From IMG/VR virus record IMGVR_UViG_3300031992_000031, positions 69,462 to 133,461 of that record: 64,000 nt of DNA; one strand, written 5' to 3'. Source of the stretch: a virus (taxonomy: Duplodnaviria > Caudoviricetes). Both the position numbers and the translations under genes were made by a program. Of the stretch, positions 55,201-64,000 are shown piece after piece (within the stretch, counting starts at the first letter, position 1; the number at the start of each line of letters is the position of its first letter). The notes under the pieces are model-generated. The model was given only the letters and a program-made list of their open reading frames with translations. It had not been told where the DNA came from and searched no databases.

Positions 55201-56441
55201 AATGCTCTTACTTCATTACCGGCCTACGCCATTGCTGCGCTAAATTGTGGAGAACTCTAAACAGACTAAAGTAAATTATTTTTCAAATTACTTAACTCTT
55301 GCTAAGGTATACGTAAGGCTTCAGCGAGTTCCTGCGCTTTAGAAGCAATTTCCTTATTCGGAAGATCAAATGCAGAGACTACTTTATTATAAGCATCAGA
55401 TTTTGTCTAAGTTTTATCTAATTCCTATTTCGCGCGTTCAACTTCTTTTAACTATTCAGCATAGTTATTTTTTGCCAATTCAATATTTGTTTTATTAGAA
55501 CCAAAAAGCATATTCGCAGCAAAATCGCTGTCTGTTCCCATTTTTTTCCAGGCACCTTTCATGCCGTTTTCTAAAGTTTTCGCCTATTCTTCCATTCTTT
55601 GAAGCATTTCTTGTGTTTGTTGAGGAGTCAATTCAAATCTTGCGCGAAGCTCTTTTAAAAAGCGATTTTCTCCTACCACACCACGGTTGAAACCAGAAAA
55701 TTCAGAAATTCCCTTATTATTAATGTCAAATTTCATATAAGAAGACATTAATTCCTATATTTCATTCTTTTTTCCTTCTTTTGGTATCTATTTAAAAGCA
55801 TCTTGTAAAAAACTTACAGCGCCCCACTAAGTCATACTTTGTTTTCCATTAGAATTCTAAGTAATCTTTTTCTAAGCTTCCTCGTACGCTATTGATTGTA
55901 CTTTTAATAAAGCATTAATACTGGTCATTTTATTATTAATAACTTTATATAATTCATCATAGCCCTTTTCTAATATTTTCGCCGCAGCAGCAGGCCCTTC
56001 TGCAATATTTAAATTAGATAAAAATGTCTAATCATTAAGAATTTTGTCCTTCTAAGTTCCTTTAAATGAAATTAAACTATTCTATAGCTAATTAATACGA
56101 GAATTTAATCCATCAATTTTAGACTATATATCATCTGGAATTTTTAAATCTTCAAAACGAAGATTTTTTGAAGCATTTTGAATACGATTAATACCAAGTT
56201 CTATTGCATCTACATCTTTCTAAATAGATTTAAAACTACTATCAGTATTTAATGAAATTTGTGACTTAGCAGAAATCTATTCTAATCTGCTCATTATTTT
56301 ATTTAACTCTTGTTCAAATTTTTTGCCGCCAAGAGAATCAGCTAAAAGATTTTTACCAGCAAATGCTTTTAACTAATTTGTAATATCCTATAAATTTTTA
56401 ATCTACAATGATACTGGAAGTTCAATGCCCTAAGTCACCAT
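40251..56441 (-). CDS. giant tail tape-measure protein (~5,396 aa, dense TAG=Gln)
   Basis: AAAGGAG RBS, ATG 56441, TAA 40251. Fourteen ORF-track fragments share the frame, and a manual read found only TAG in frame. TMP motifs YQQG, TRE..NIGSALKSIISRY, MAGNRQQSRF, DIHSPS, GELGPEL, FDKGG. Confidence 0.88.
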
Positions 56442-56468
56442 AAAACCTCATCTCCTTTAACACATAAT

Positions 56469-56499
56469 AAAAAAAGAGCCACTTTCCTAAGAAAGTGGC
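56469..56499 (-). terminator. intrinsic terminator upstream of TMP
   Basis: GCCACTTTC/GAAAGTGGC hairpin with a U-run on the - strand. Confidence 0.75.
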
Positions 56500-56502
56500 A
56501 TA

Positions 56503-57408
56503 TTAAAAGTCCGCATCTAGTTCTGTCCCTAGACGCGTAATTTCCATAATTAAATTTTTCTAATCTCCAACAGTTTCTGGTAATCCAATGATATTAAAAG
56601 TAGAAACAGTGGGATCGGCCCTTTCTCCCAATCGTAAGTTAATATTACTTACAATCCTAACTTTCGGCATATACAATATATTTGTATAATTATTGCCCTC
56701 ATTTTCATCCTTTGAGTAGAACTTAGCCTCAAGTGTGAAAAGACCATTAAATCTTTCTTTTTGTACACTATAAATTAAGGCTCCATCTTCCTCCTCATAT
56801 TTATAGTAATAGTCGATTAAAAATTCATCACTAATTTTTACTGGCTCTGTACAATTTTTATCTTCGTATAATGAGATTCTATGTACAGGATTTTCAAAAC
56901 CATCAACTATATTAGGTTCTCTTTTGCCATAAACTTTTTTCTAAATAGCATTTCTAGCATAATTAAAAATAAAAGTTTTCTTAATGCTAGCATCAACCGG
57001 TTCATGTTTTACATCAATATATAAATACTTTATTTCCTTAGTATCCTAATCTATTTCTTTCTAAGGCTTAAAAGGGCCTTCTTTCATATTTATATAAAGT
57101 GGCTATTTTTCTTTTTCAGAAATAACGTTTGCGCCAAGTAAAATACTCATTCCAACCGAAGACATAACACCATCTGATAACTAAAACTACACTTCGCTTC
57201 TTTCATCCCAAATTACTCGTGGCATATTTGCCCAACCACCACGCGCAAATACAGGACGATTCTATTCAGTTAAAAGTGACATATTTACATTATCAAAATA
57301 TAATACAGGTTCATCTTTTTCAATATATCTATCACCAAATTGCATCGGCTATTTAGCGCGTAATACAACTTCATATAAGTCTTTATGGCCAAAATACTAT
57401 TCCATCAT
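56503..57408 (-). CDS. minor tail-tube paralog (301 aa, TAG=Gln)
   Basis: FGHKDLYEV, PVLYFDNV, ARGGWANMPRVIWD, ADPTVSTF align with the major tail protein; absent from the ORF track. Confidence 0.78.
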
Positions 57409-57428
57409 ATTACATATCACCGCCATTC

Positions 57429-57463
57429 TAAAAAAAATAAAGGGCTTCCCATTTGGGAAGCCC
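57429..57463 (-). terminator. intrinsic terminator after major tail gene
   Basis: GGGCTTCCC-aaat-GGGAAGCCC with a U-run on the - strand. Confidence 0.8.
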
Positions 57464-57478
57464 CGTTATTTAGTTCAA

Positions 57479-58429
57479 TTAGGAACCAGAGACAGAGCCA
57501 TAGTCATCTTCAGCTACGCCACTTGTGCTGCTGCTGATATTGTAACGAACTAGCTTCATCATCTCATTTTCACCCTGTTCGTTGGTAGAACGAAGCACAT
57601 TCAGGGTCATTTCAAAGGTAGAAGGATCGCCTTCAGCCTGTAGAGTAATAGTAACATTACTCTGTACCTTTGCCTTATTGATAACGAACTGGAATGGCTC
57701 ATCCTTACCGGTCTTTTCAGAACGCATGAAGGTATCGCCAATTACCTTATAAGTTCCAGGGAAGGTATCAGGAGAAATTGTAACTTCAACCGCGGTCTCA
57801 CTACCGGTGTTATTCTGTAGGACTTCTTCCCAGAAAATACGAATATGATCGCCTTTAGCAGAAGATACTGGAGAATCACCAATCATCTTAGGATTCTTGA
57901 AGGAAACAGAATGTGCACCATCAATAGCAGGAGCAGTTTGACCAGCAGCATAAACTAACTGAGTACGAGCACCTGTGGTTAGATTGATTAGACGAATTGG
58001 ATGTCCATCGGTAGCTTTTGGGGTTAAAGCAACACCAGTTAAATGATCTTTTGGCTGAGGTAGAATACCACCTTCACCGCAAACTACTTCTTCAGTATGA
58101 CGAACAATAACTGGGGCGTCAGCAGCTGGCTTTTTAATAGCGCCACCTAACATGAAACGAAGAGACTCAAGAGATAATAGAGCATCTTCTAGAGTGATGT
58201 TAATTTCCTTACCATAGTCCCATTGTACTAGCTTAGGATTGCCCCAGCCGCCCTGTGCAGCAGTGTTTTCAGCAGTAGTTTCAATGGTGGAAACTTTTAA
58301 GGTATCTAGGAATAGAACGATATCACCAGCATATACGCCAGCAGCAAGATCATCGTCTAGAGCTTCAAAGTATACGTTAGCAACCTCTTTAATACCATAC
58401 TTATCAAAAATATTAACGTTACTTGCCAT
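57479..58429 (-). CDS. major tail tube protein (no TAG)
   Basis: KYGIKEVANV, AQGGWGNPKLVQWD, TFPGTYKVIGDT, LQAEGDPSTFEMTL; strong RBS. Confidence 0.82.
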   Translation of the reverse strand: MASNVNIFDKYGIKEVANVYFEALDDDLAAGVYAGDIVLFLDTLKVSTIETTAENTAAQGGWGNPKLVQWDYGKEINITLEDALLSLESLRFMLGGAIKKPAADAPVIVRHTEEVVCGEGGILPQPKDHLTGVALTPKATDGHPIRLINLTTGARTQLVYAAGQTAPAIDGAHSVSFKNPKMIGDSPVSSAKGDHIRIFWEEVLQNNTGSETAVEVTISPDTFPGTYKVIGDTFMRSEKTGKDEPFQFVINKAKVQSNVTITLQAEGDPSTFEMTLNVLRSTNEQGENEMMKLVRYNISSSTSGVAEDDYGSVSGS

Positions 58430-58445
58430 AAGAGTTTACCTCCTT

Positions 58446-59219
58446 TTATTTATCTCCACTAGCAATGGAACGCATCCAATGCTTTAGTTGAGATTTATTG
58501 ATTTTTGCGCCCGCGAGGGCAGCTCTCTAATTTATATTAAACTAATCACGCCAGCCCATCCGCTTTAGCTAATCATGAAGAGCATAATATGTAATATCCC
58601 AAATATTCGACATATTTAGGCCGCAATCATTGATAGTTATACTACCAATTAAATCGGATAGTTTCATATCAGAACCGTCCTATTTAGATTGTCGTGCTTT
58701 TGCGCGACGAACTTTCTCACGGTTCGCGCGCATTTGCATTTTCAATCTTTTTGTAGCAGGATCATCATCATCATATATAATGATTTCTTCTCCTTCCTAT
58801 TCCATAAAGTACATTCTTTTAAGAATACGCTACAAATCATAAAAATGTGCCTCATCTAATACATGCTATTCTTCTAATGGTCCAAGCATAATTTGAGGAG
58901 GATCTAATAGAAAAGATGCTTGTGAATGAGTGAAAAATTGAAATGCCTATTTTACTAAAAAATTGACCGTAGAATCCATTGATACCATCAGTAGCAAGTA
59001 CTAAAAATCACTAATGCTATTCAACATTTCACGTAATTCATTATCACCTTTTACATCCGTAGGTTTAGTAGAAGTTAAAATGCTTAAATACTACTAAAAT
59101 TTATCATATCCTATATCAATTATTTCACCTAATTTTGCAGGATATACTGCGCAAATATCTTCTAATAATACTGGACTTCCACGAAGAAACTTTAAAGTTT
59201 CATTATCAGTTAAATTCAT
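58446..59219 (-). CDS. tail assembly chaperone-like protein (257 aa, TAG=Gln)
   Basis: MNLTDNETLKFLRGSP...YPAKLGEIIDIGYDKF**YL...NIWDITYYALHD*L...AALAGA...KHWM; tandem TAG TAG at 59091-59096. Confidence 0.65.
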
Positions 59220-59712
59220 TGATTGAATATGTCATTGTATAGCCGCCAATTTGAGAAGTAAATACTGTTCTATCTGCTCGTACAAACTTTAAAGTACCAA
59301 TACCAGCCATTTGTGCGCCATTAAACATCTTATCAATTTCTTCCATAAGAAGATAAGGACGCAAAGAGTTTTCATCTAAAACCCATTCATCATATGGACA
59401 AGCTACATCTATACCGATTGTACTTATTTTAAAATCTTTATTAAGCATATTAGTAACAAAAGTATTAAATAAAGCAACTATATAAGACGTTTTCTCCGTA
59501 CTTTCATCCCAAATTTTGGGAGTAATCATAATCTATTTGTTTAGAAGTAAGATACCATCCACATCATCATACTTCTATTCATTAAATGGATCGCGTACCT
59601 AATATTTTAGAAGGCGACATATGCGCTAATTTGACATTAGTTTATTGGCCATGTTAAATGCATTTTTACCCATGACCGAAAACCGGCGCTATGTTGGATC
59701 AGAAATAGGCAT
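59206..59712 (-). CDS. tail completion/terminator-like protein (168 aa, TAG=Gln)
   Basis: GAGGTGAG RBS; NKLMSN*RICRLLKY...RPYLLMEEIDKMFNG...GIGTLKF. Confidence 0.7.
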
Positions 59713-59722
59713 TTAACTCACC

Positions 59723-61051
59723 TCACCACAATGGAATAATTTTAACTGTTTTTTCATACGTAGCAATAATAATATATTCATTATCAACTTTTCTCTAATG
59801 CTAGGCAGTTAAAATTAATTCACCAATTTTATTTTTTGTATTAGCATGTAATACTTGAGCATAAGGAATTAAGTTATTATCTTTATCATACGCCGGAGAT
59901 ACAGTAGCGAGAGGAACTTTTTCATCGGTTTTATTAGTGATAAAAAATTCAACTTTTTCATCGAGATCAGAATTTAGTATTAATGGCTAATTTTCATTAC
60001 TAACTACTTGATATTTCGCATAGCGATCTAACCGCAAAGTATCTGGGCCATCAATTAAAAATACAGGTTCTTCTTCTCGTCCAACAATATTAATTTCAAC
60101 TGTTTTAGTCACTGCAGGTCTATTTTTTAAACGCATAGTAATCATGCATGAACCTACTGCAGTAGAGCGTGAATGTAATTCTGAATACCATTTTTCCTTC
60201 TCATTTAGTTCTTCTGGTAATTCATCTACTAAACTAAAATCAGATGGTCTTAATTCAATTTCCCACTAATTTAAAGTATCAGCTTCAAACTAAGGAATTA
60301 TTAAATCCCCAGCCCGATATAAAGTAGACAAAGTAGGAAATTTATATTTATCAGTTGCCGCGACATCAATATCACGATCATCATACTGATAATTTACCTT
60401 ACTTTCAGTTAATGACATATAAACAATTCCTTCAACACTTGTCCAATCGCACTCAATTACAACCCATCCTTCATTTTCAATAATAAAAGTAACACCACGC
60501 ATTAATTCATCGTAATCCGCACTTTTCTCTCTAAAAATAGGACGAGGCATTATAATTTCAGCAAACTTATTGGGCTGTGGTGAAATAAGTGAATGCCACA
60601 TTCTAAAATTGCCTTTAACCTTGCTATCTACTGAACTAACAGCATAAGCCCAAGATTTACGCAAATAACCATCAGTATCAATCCACTTTAATTCATAATT
60701 ACACTTAATAATCTAAAATGTTTGATACTATTCATGTACCTTATGTATTTTCTATAATAAAAGCCATTTTTCAATAGCTCCATTATCTTGTCTCCATGTA
60801 AGTATATCGCCAACAACAATTGGAATGTCATTAGCAACATATAAATACATGATTTTTAATTCTTCCTTATCCTTACTAGTTTGGATTATGCCGCTAAAAT
60901 ATAATCCTCTCTCAACGGATAAGTCTTCAACTGTAAAAGGAGATTGCGCTTTCCACTTTTCAAAAGCCTCAATCCCACTATTTTTTATACGTTCAGCATA
61001 TGTTTCTCCAAAATGATTTACACGGGAAAAATACACATCAAGATAATTCAT
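59723..61051 (-). CDS. head-closure/neck protein (442 aa, TAG=Gln)
   Basis: Fragments 60752 and 60290 are in frame; VGDILTW...WLL...IIKCNYELKWID; ends KIIPLW TGA. Confidence 0.7.
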
Positions 61052-61373
61052 CTGGTATGTTTAATCCAGTTACTAAATTAATACATTCAAAAATATTCTT
61101 TCTGAAGTATTCATATGAAAGATAACGTAAAAGCGCCAATTTTCCTAACAAGGGCCACCAGTTAATCGAATTCGCGCCCAGCCCCATCAATTCAATAATA
61201 ATTGAATCAAGAAATTTTTCCCATTCGCCATCTTTTTCACGCTCACATAATAAGCCATATAAACGACCTTTTAATTTATTTTTATAACCATCAAAGGTTA
61301 TATCAGTCAGATTGTCTTTTCCCTGCCAATTTTCTGAATATCTCAGCAGGGGAGCCTCCACGCGATTTGTCAT
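61038..61373 (-). CDS. small neck-region protein (start uncertain)
   Basis: YKNKLKGRLYGLL..RE...FRKNIFECINLV; the real start may be near 61310. Confidence 0.55.
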   Translation of the reverse strand: MTNRVEAPLLRYSENWQGKDNLTDITFDGYKNKLKGRLYGLLCEREKDGEWEKFLDSIIIELMGLGANSINWWPLLGKLALLRYLSYEYFRKNIFECINLVTGLNIPDELS

Positions 61374-61794
61374 AATCGTCTTTTGCTCCTTCGCATTCTA
61401 TAGCGACTGATTTTTCAAGATCGTTTAACTTATCGAGGTGATTTGCAGCGGAAAAATCTTTTGAAGTATAAAGCTGACCTATATGATCCCAACTAGCAAC
61501 GCAACGTTTAATCCACTCATGTTTCATATAAGTAGCAAGCACTTGAATTTCTGCGTTAGTAAGATCATTTTTAAACTAATATATTTTAAGTTGAGGAGCC
61601 ATCTCAGATACTTCAGCGGCAGATACTTCCTCAAACTCTAAATTCACACGAGGATATTTAAATCGAGCAATGGCCATTTTGAGAAGTTCTTGCCAATCTC
61701 GTTCAACGATAGCTAACTCTTCTTCCAATGTCCACTCGTCGGCTGTAATCCGTGCGAGAAACGCGTCGTAAACTTTTAAGAAGGGTGTTGCCAT
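61303..61794 (-). CDS. head-tail adaptor/connector (163 aa, 1 TAG=Gln)
   Basis: MATPFLKVYDAFLARIT...IY*FKNDLTNAEIQVLATYMKHEW...YTSKDFSAANHL; joins ORF-track 61576 and 61303. Confidence 0.75.
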
Positions 61795-61800
61795 ATTTCA

Positions 61801-62241
61801 TCACTTCTCTTCTGCGTCATGTTTAGCGGCAATAGCCTGAATAACATCAACATCGCAGTATTTCTTAATTAGGGCCACAATACCAGCATTGGTAATCTTG
61901 TGCTCTACAGCAAGAGTAACAGCACTTTCTTTTTCCGCATCAGTTGCACGTGGAATAAACTTAGCAAATGCAGTTACATCACCTTTAACTAACATCTTTT
62001 CAATTTCAGAAGCTTCAAATACATTTTCAACAACTTCTACTTGTTGTTCTTCTTCTAAACCATTAACCTTAATATAATGTCCATTAACAAGAGACATAAA
62101 TCCAGTATCAAAAGTCATTTCTTCATATTCCTCATCATTAACTGGAATTTCGCGTCCTGGCATTAATTCACGATTAAAACGAATAGCTGGAAAATATAAT
62201 GAAACTAAACTTGTACTAATATTTTTAATTGTAATAGCCAT
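61801..62241 (-). CDS. virion/assembly protein downstream of MCP
   Basis: AAAGGAGG RBS before MAITIKN; no TAG. Confidence 0.7.
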   Translation of the reverse strand: MAITIKNISTSLVSLYFPAIRFNRELMPGREIPVNDEEYEEMTFDTGFMSLVNGHYIKVNGLEEEQQVEVVENVFEASEIEKMLVKGDVTAFAKFIPRATDAEKESAVTLAVEHKITNAGIVALIKKYCDVDVIQAIAAKHDAEEK

Positions 62242-62263
62242 AATTGTTCCTCCTTTTATCTCC

Positions 62264-62300
62264 AAAAAGAAATCTGGGAGGGAGAGATTACCTCCCTCCC
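62264..62300 (-). terminator. probable terminator after MCP
   Basis: GGGAGGGAG/CTCCCTCCC hairpin with a U-rich tail on the - strand. Confidence 0.6.
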
Positions 62301-62313
62301 ATTATATTACTAA

Positions 62314-63414
62314 TTAATTAGTAATTGTAGTATTTGCCATTAATGCTGTATTTTCGGTTTCCCAACCACTACCCTGAGATAGTGCAGCATTGTAATAGAT
62401 ACCCCAATAGTTAGGAGTAGTAAATAGACCAACACCAACTTTTACATAACCCTGTAATACAAAGCTGTTATCGCCTTCATGGTCATCCCACTCACGGAAG
62501 TAAGGAGAGCCTTCGAAAGCCATCTTAATAATCTTTTCCTTGCCAGCAGGTAGTACATAAGCGAAAGCTGGATTGAACTGTAATTTAGTATTGGTTTCAT
62601 CAGTCCAAGACTGTGGCATTACAACAACTGGAGTGCCATAGAACTTGCCAATATAACCACGATCACGGATTTCTTGCATATCAACATCAGATAACTTTAC
62701 TGTAGTGGTACTATTAACATTATATACTAATGCATTTACCATTTCAGCCGCAAATTCTGGAGTGCAATAAATAATTGGGCTGCCATAAGGAGCAACGGTG
62801 TTGCATAGTTTCTTCATAGCAGTAGGATTGAACTGGTTGGTTGCAACCTTGTTGCGAGCTGGACGACCAGCAGCGTTCCAAGAATTTAGTAAGCAACCCT
62901 GCACCATTTCGAATAGACGATCAACAATACCTTCCTGGATTACTTCGTAGATATCAGTCATAGACTCTAAACCATCTAAATAACGCTCGAAATCGACATA
63001 GCCAGCGCCACCAATAGCCTGGATATATAGATCGAAACGATCACGGTCTAGACGGAAGGTCTCATAGTTACCAGATTCAGTAGCACGAGTTACGAACTGC
63101 TTGCCACGAACCTTACCGCGAACTACGCGGAACTCTGGGCGCTGACCCTGAGCATAATTCTTTACTTCAACGAACATATCAAGAGCACTCTTGACATTCT
63201 GTGGTAGAACTTCCTGTAGATTTTCTTCTAATAGTTCAAATACATCTTCCTTATTACGATTGAAGACGTGACGATTGAAGTGTACGCCATCCTTAGTCAT
63301 TAGCTTTGCTAATTCATCACGGAGAGCGGCTTCATAATCATAATTTTCTGCTGCGAATTCAGCAGGAACGGCACGACCAAATACGCCGTTCATTAACATA
63401 CGTAGCTTATTCAT
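62314..63414 (-). CDS. major capsid protein (no TAG)
   Basis: Size, position and motifs (FELLEE..QEVLP, FVEVKNYAQG, IGGAGYVDFERYLDG, GYIGKFYGTPVV) fit an SPbeta-like MCP; GGAGG RBS before ATG 63414. Confidence 0.82.
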   Translation of the reverse strand: MNKLRMLMNGVFGRAVPAEFAAENYDYEAALRDELAKLMTKDGVHFNRHVFNRNKEDVFELLEENLQEVLPQNVKSALDMFVEVKNYAQGQRPEFRVVRGKVRGKQFVTRATESGNYETFRLDRDRFDLYIQAIGGAGYVDFERYLDGLESMTDIYEVIQEGIVDRLFEMVQGCLLNSWNAAGRPARNKVATNQFNPTAMKKLCNTVAPYGSPIIYCTPEFAAEMVNALVYNVNSTTTVKLSDVDMQEIRDRGYIGKFYGTPVVVMPQSWTDETNTKLQFNPAFAYVLPAGKEKIIKMAFEGSPYFREWDDHEGDNSFVLQGYVKVGVGLFTTPNYWGIYYNAALSQGSGWETENTALMANTTITN

Positions 63415-63428
63415 AAGTCGCACCTCCA

Positions 63429-64000
63429 TTATAGTTTTATAATCTGATACTTAACGCCTTTGCCGCCATTAGGAACGGTGTAATATTTTACAACCTTGGC
63501 AACAATGCCGCTATAGTTATCAATGTCAGCAGTAATCTGAGGAACTGGAGAACCAGCTACAGCGATAACATATAGAGGATTAGCAGCTAAATCTTTATTT
63601 AGTTCAGTCTCTAATGCAGCAAAAGTAGCGAACTCTTCTTCATCATACTGTAAGCAGTTGGTGGTTACGGTATCACCTAGGCCAAAGATACCAACACGAG
63701 GATAATCCCCAGCGATCTTGCGGCCAAAACGTTGTAGACCATAGTGTTCACGGTCATATTCTTTTTCTGTAGTATAAACAATACCAATGGGAGAATCGGT
63801 TGCAGCAGCAGGAGCTTTGATAGCGCCAGCGGCTTTGTCAGCAACGACCCACATACCGTTTTCACAAGGATTAGCCTTGGTGAAAGCAGCTCCGAGAGGA
63901 GTCTGAGAAACTACCATACCAGTCTTTGGGAATGCTACCTGGTTTAGTTCTAGGCTGGCATATAGCTTTTCATCGGGATCACGATGCTGATCAACTAGAT
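63429..64000 (-). CDS. capsid decoration-like protein (5' end outside window)
   Basis: Frame open to the window edge (LVDQHRDPDEKLYASLELNQVAFPKTG...); CENGM, YPRVG...GDTVTTN; directly upstream of MCP. Confidence 0.65.
   Translation of the reverse strand, partial: LVDQHRDPDEKLYASLELNQVAFPKTGMVVSQTPLGAAFTKANPCENGMWVVADKAAGAIKAPAAATDSPIGIVYTTEKEYDREHYGLQRFGRKIAGDYPRVGIFGLGDTVTTNCLQYDEEEFATFAALETELNKDLAANPLYVIAVAGSPVPQITADIDNYSGIVAKVVKYYTVPNGGKGVKYQIIKL

Noticed and set aside
56441-59219. Programmed -1 frameshift in a tail chaperone
   Set aside because: Genes upstream of the TMP read as single frames under code 15; no convincing slippery site with an overlapping second frame.
40709-60000. Short antisense or off-frame ORFs (e.g. 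40726, 40794, 52392, 54592, 58239, 58630)
   Set aside because: Shadows of the real genes, low-complexity, without RBS.
32782-61794. Decayed prophage or pseudogenised tail region
   Set aside because: Interruptions are exclusively TAG, with no frameshifts across a 16-kb frame and intact RBS, starts and stops; recoding explains this better.
1-64000. TGA reassignment or pyrrolysine/selenocysteine decoding
   Set aside because: TGA ends many genes cleanly; TAG is too dense (four in a row) and in Gln-like contexts; no pyl or sel genes seen.

Overview
This window is 64 kb of a large, AT-rich tailed phage genome (siphovirus-type structural genes), most likely infecting an anaerobic Bacillota host: consensus sigma70/SigA promoters, strong GGAGG ribosome sites, nrdD/nrdG, and a replication gene order like SPbeta yorF-yorL. 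Two convergent arms meet at a bidirectional terminator near 32.76 kb. The + arm (1-32.7 kb) carries small early genes, an origin-like repeat cluster, a nuclease/adenine-methyltransferase pair, type II topoisomerase subunits, SSB, a Sak4-like ATPase, DnaB, DnaG, RecJ, DnaE, NrdD/NrdG with a formate-nitrite channel, dUTPase and RuvC. The - arm (32.8-64 kb) carries capsid, head-tail and tail genes. The ORF track is fragmented because the phage reads TAG as Gln (genetic code 15) in a subset of genes. Reading TAG through restores 13 intact genes, including a tape-measure protein of about 5,396 aa (40251-56441) with a run of four consecutive TAGs. The core replisome and the most abundant virion proteins contain no internal TAG. 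A 255-nt group I intron with complete P1/P10 pairings splits a winged-helix gene after its 8th coding nucleotide, directly downstream of a free-standing, TAG-containing GIY-YIG endonuclease. Also present are a membrane-anchored coiled-coil GIY-YIG nuclease, a tRNA-like RNA without a normal anticodon arm, and two tail-tube paralogs that differ in TAG use. All frames, counts and pairings were read by eye; no searches were run.
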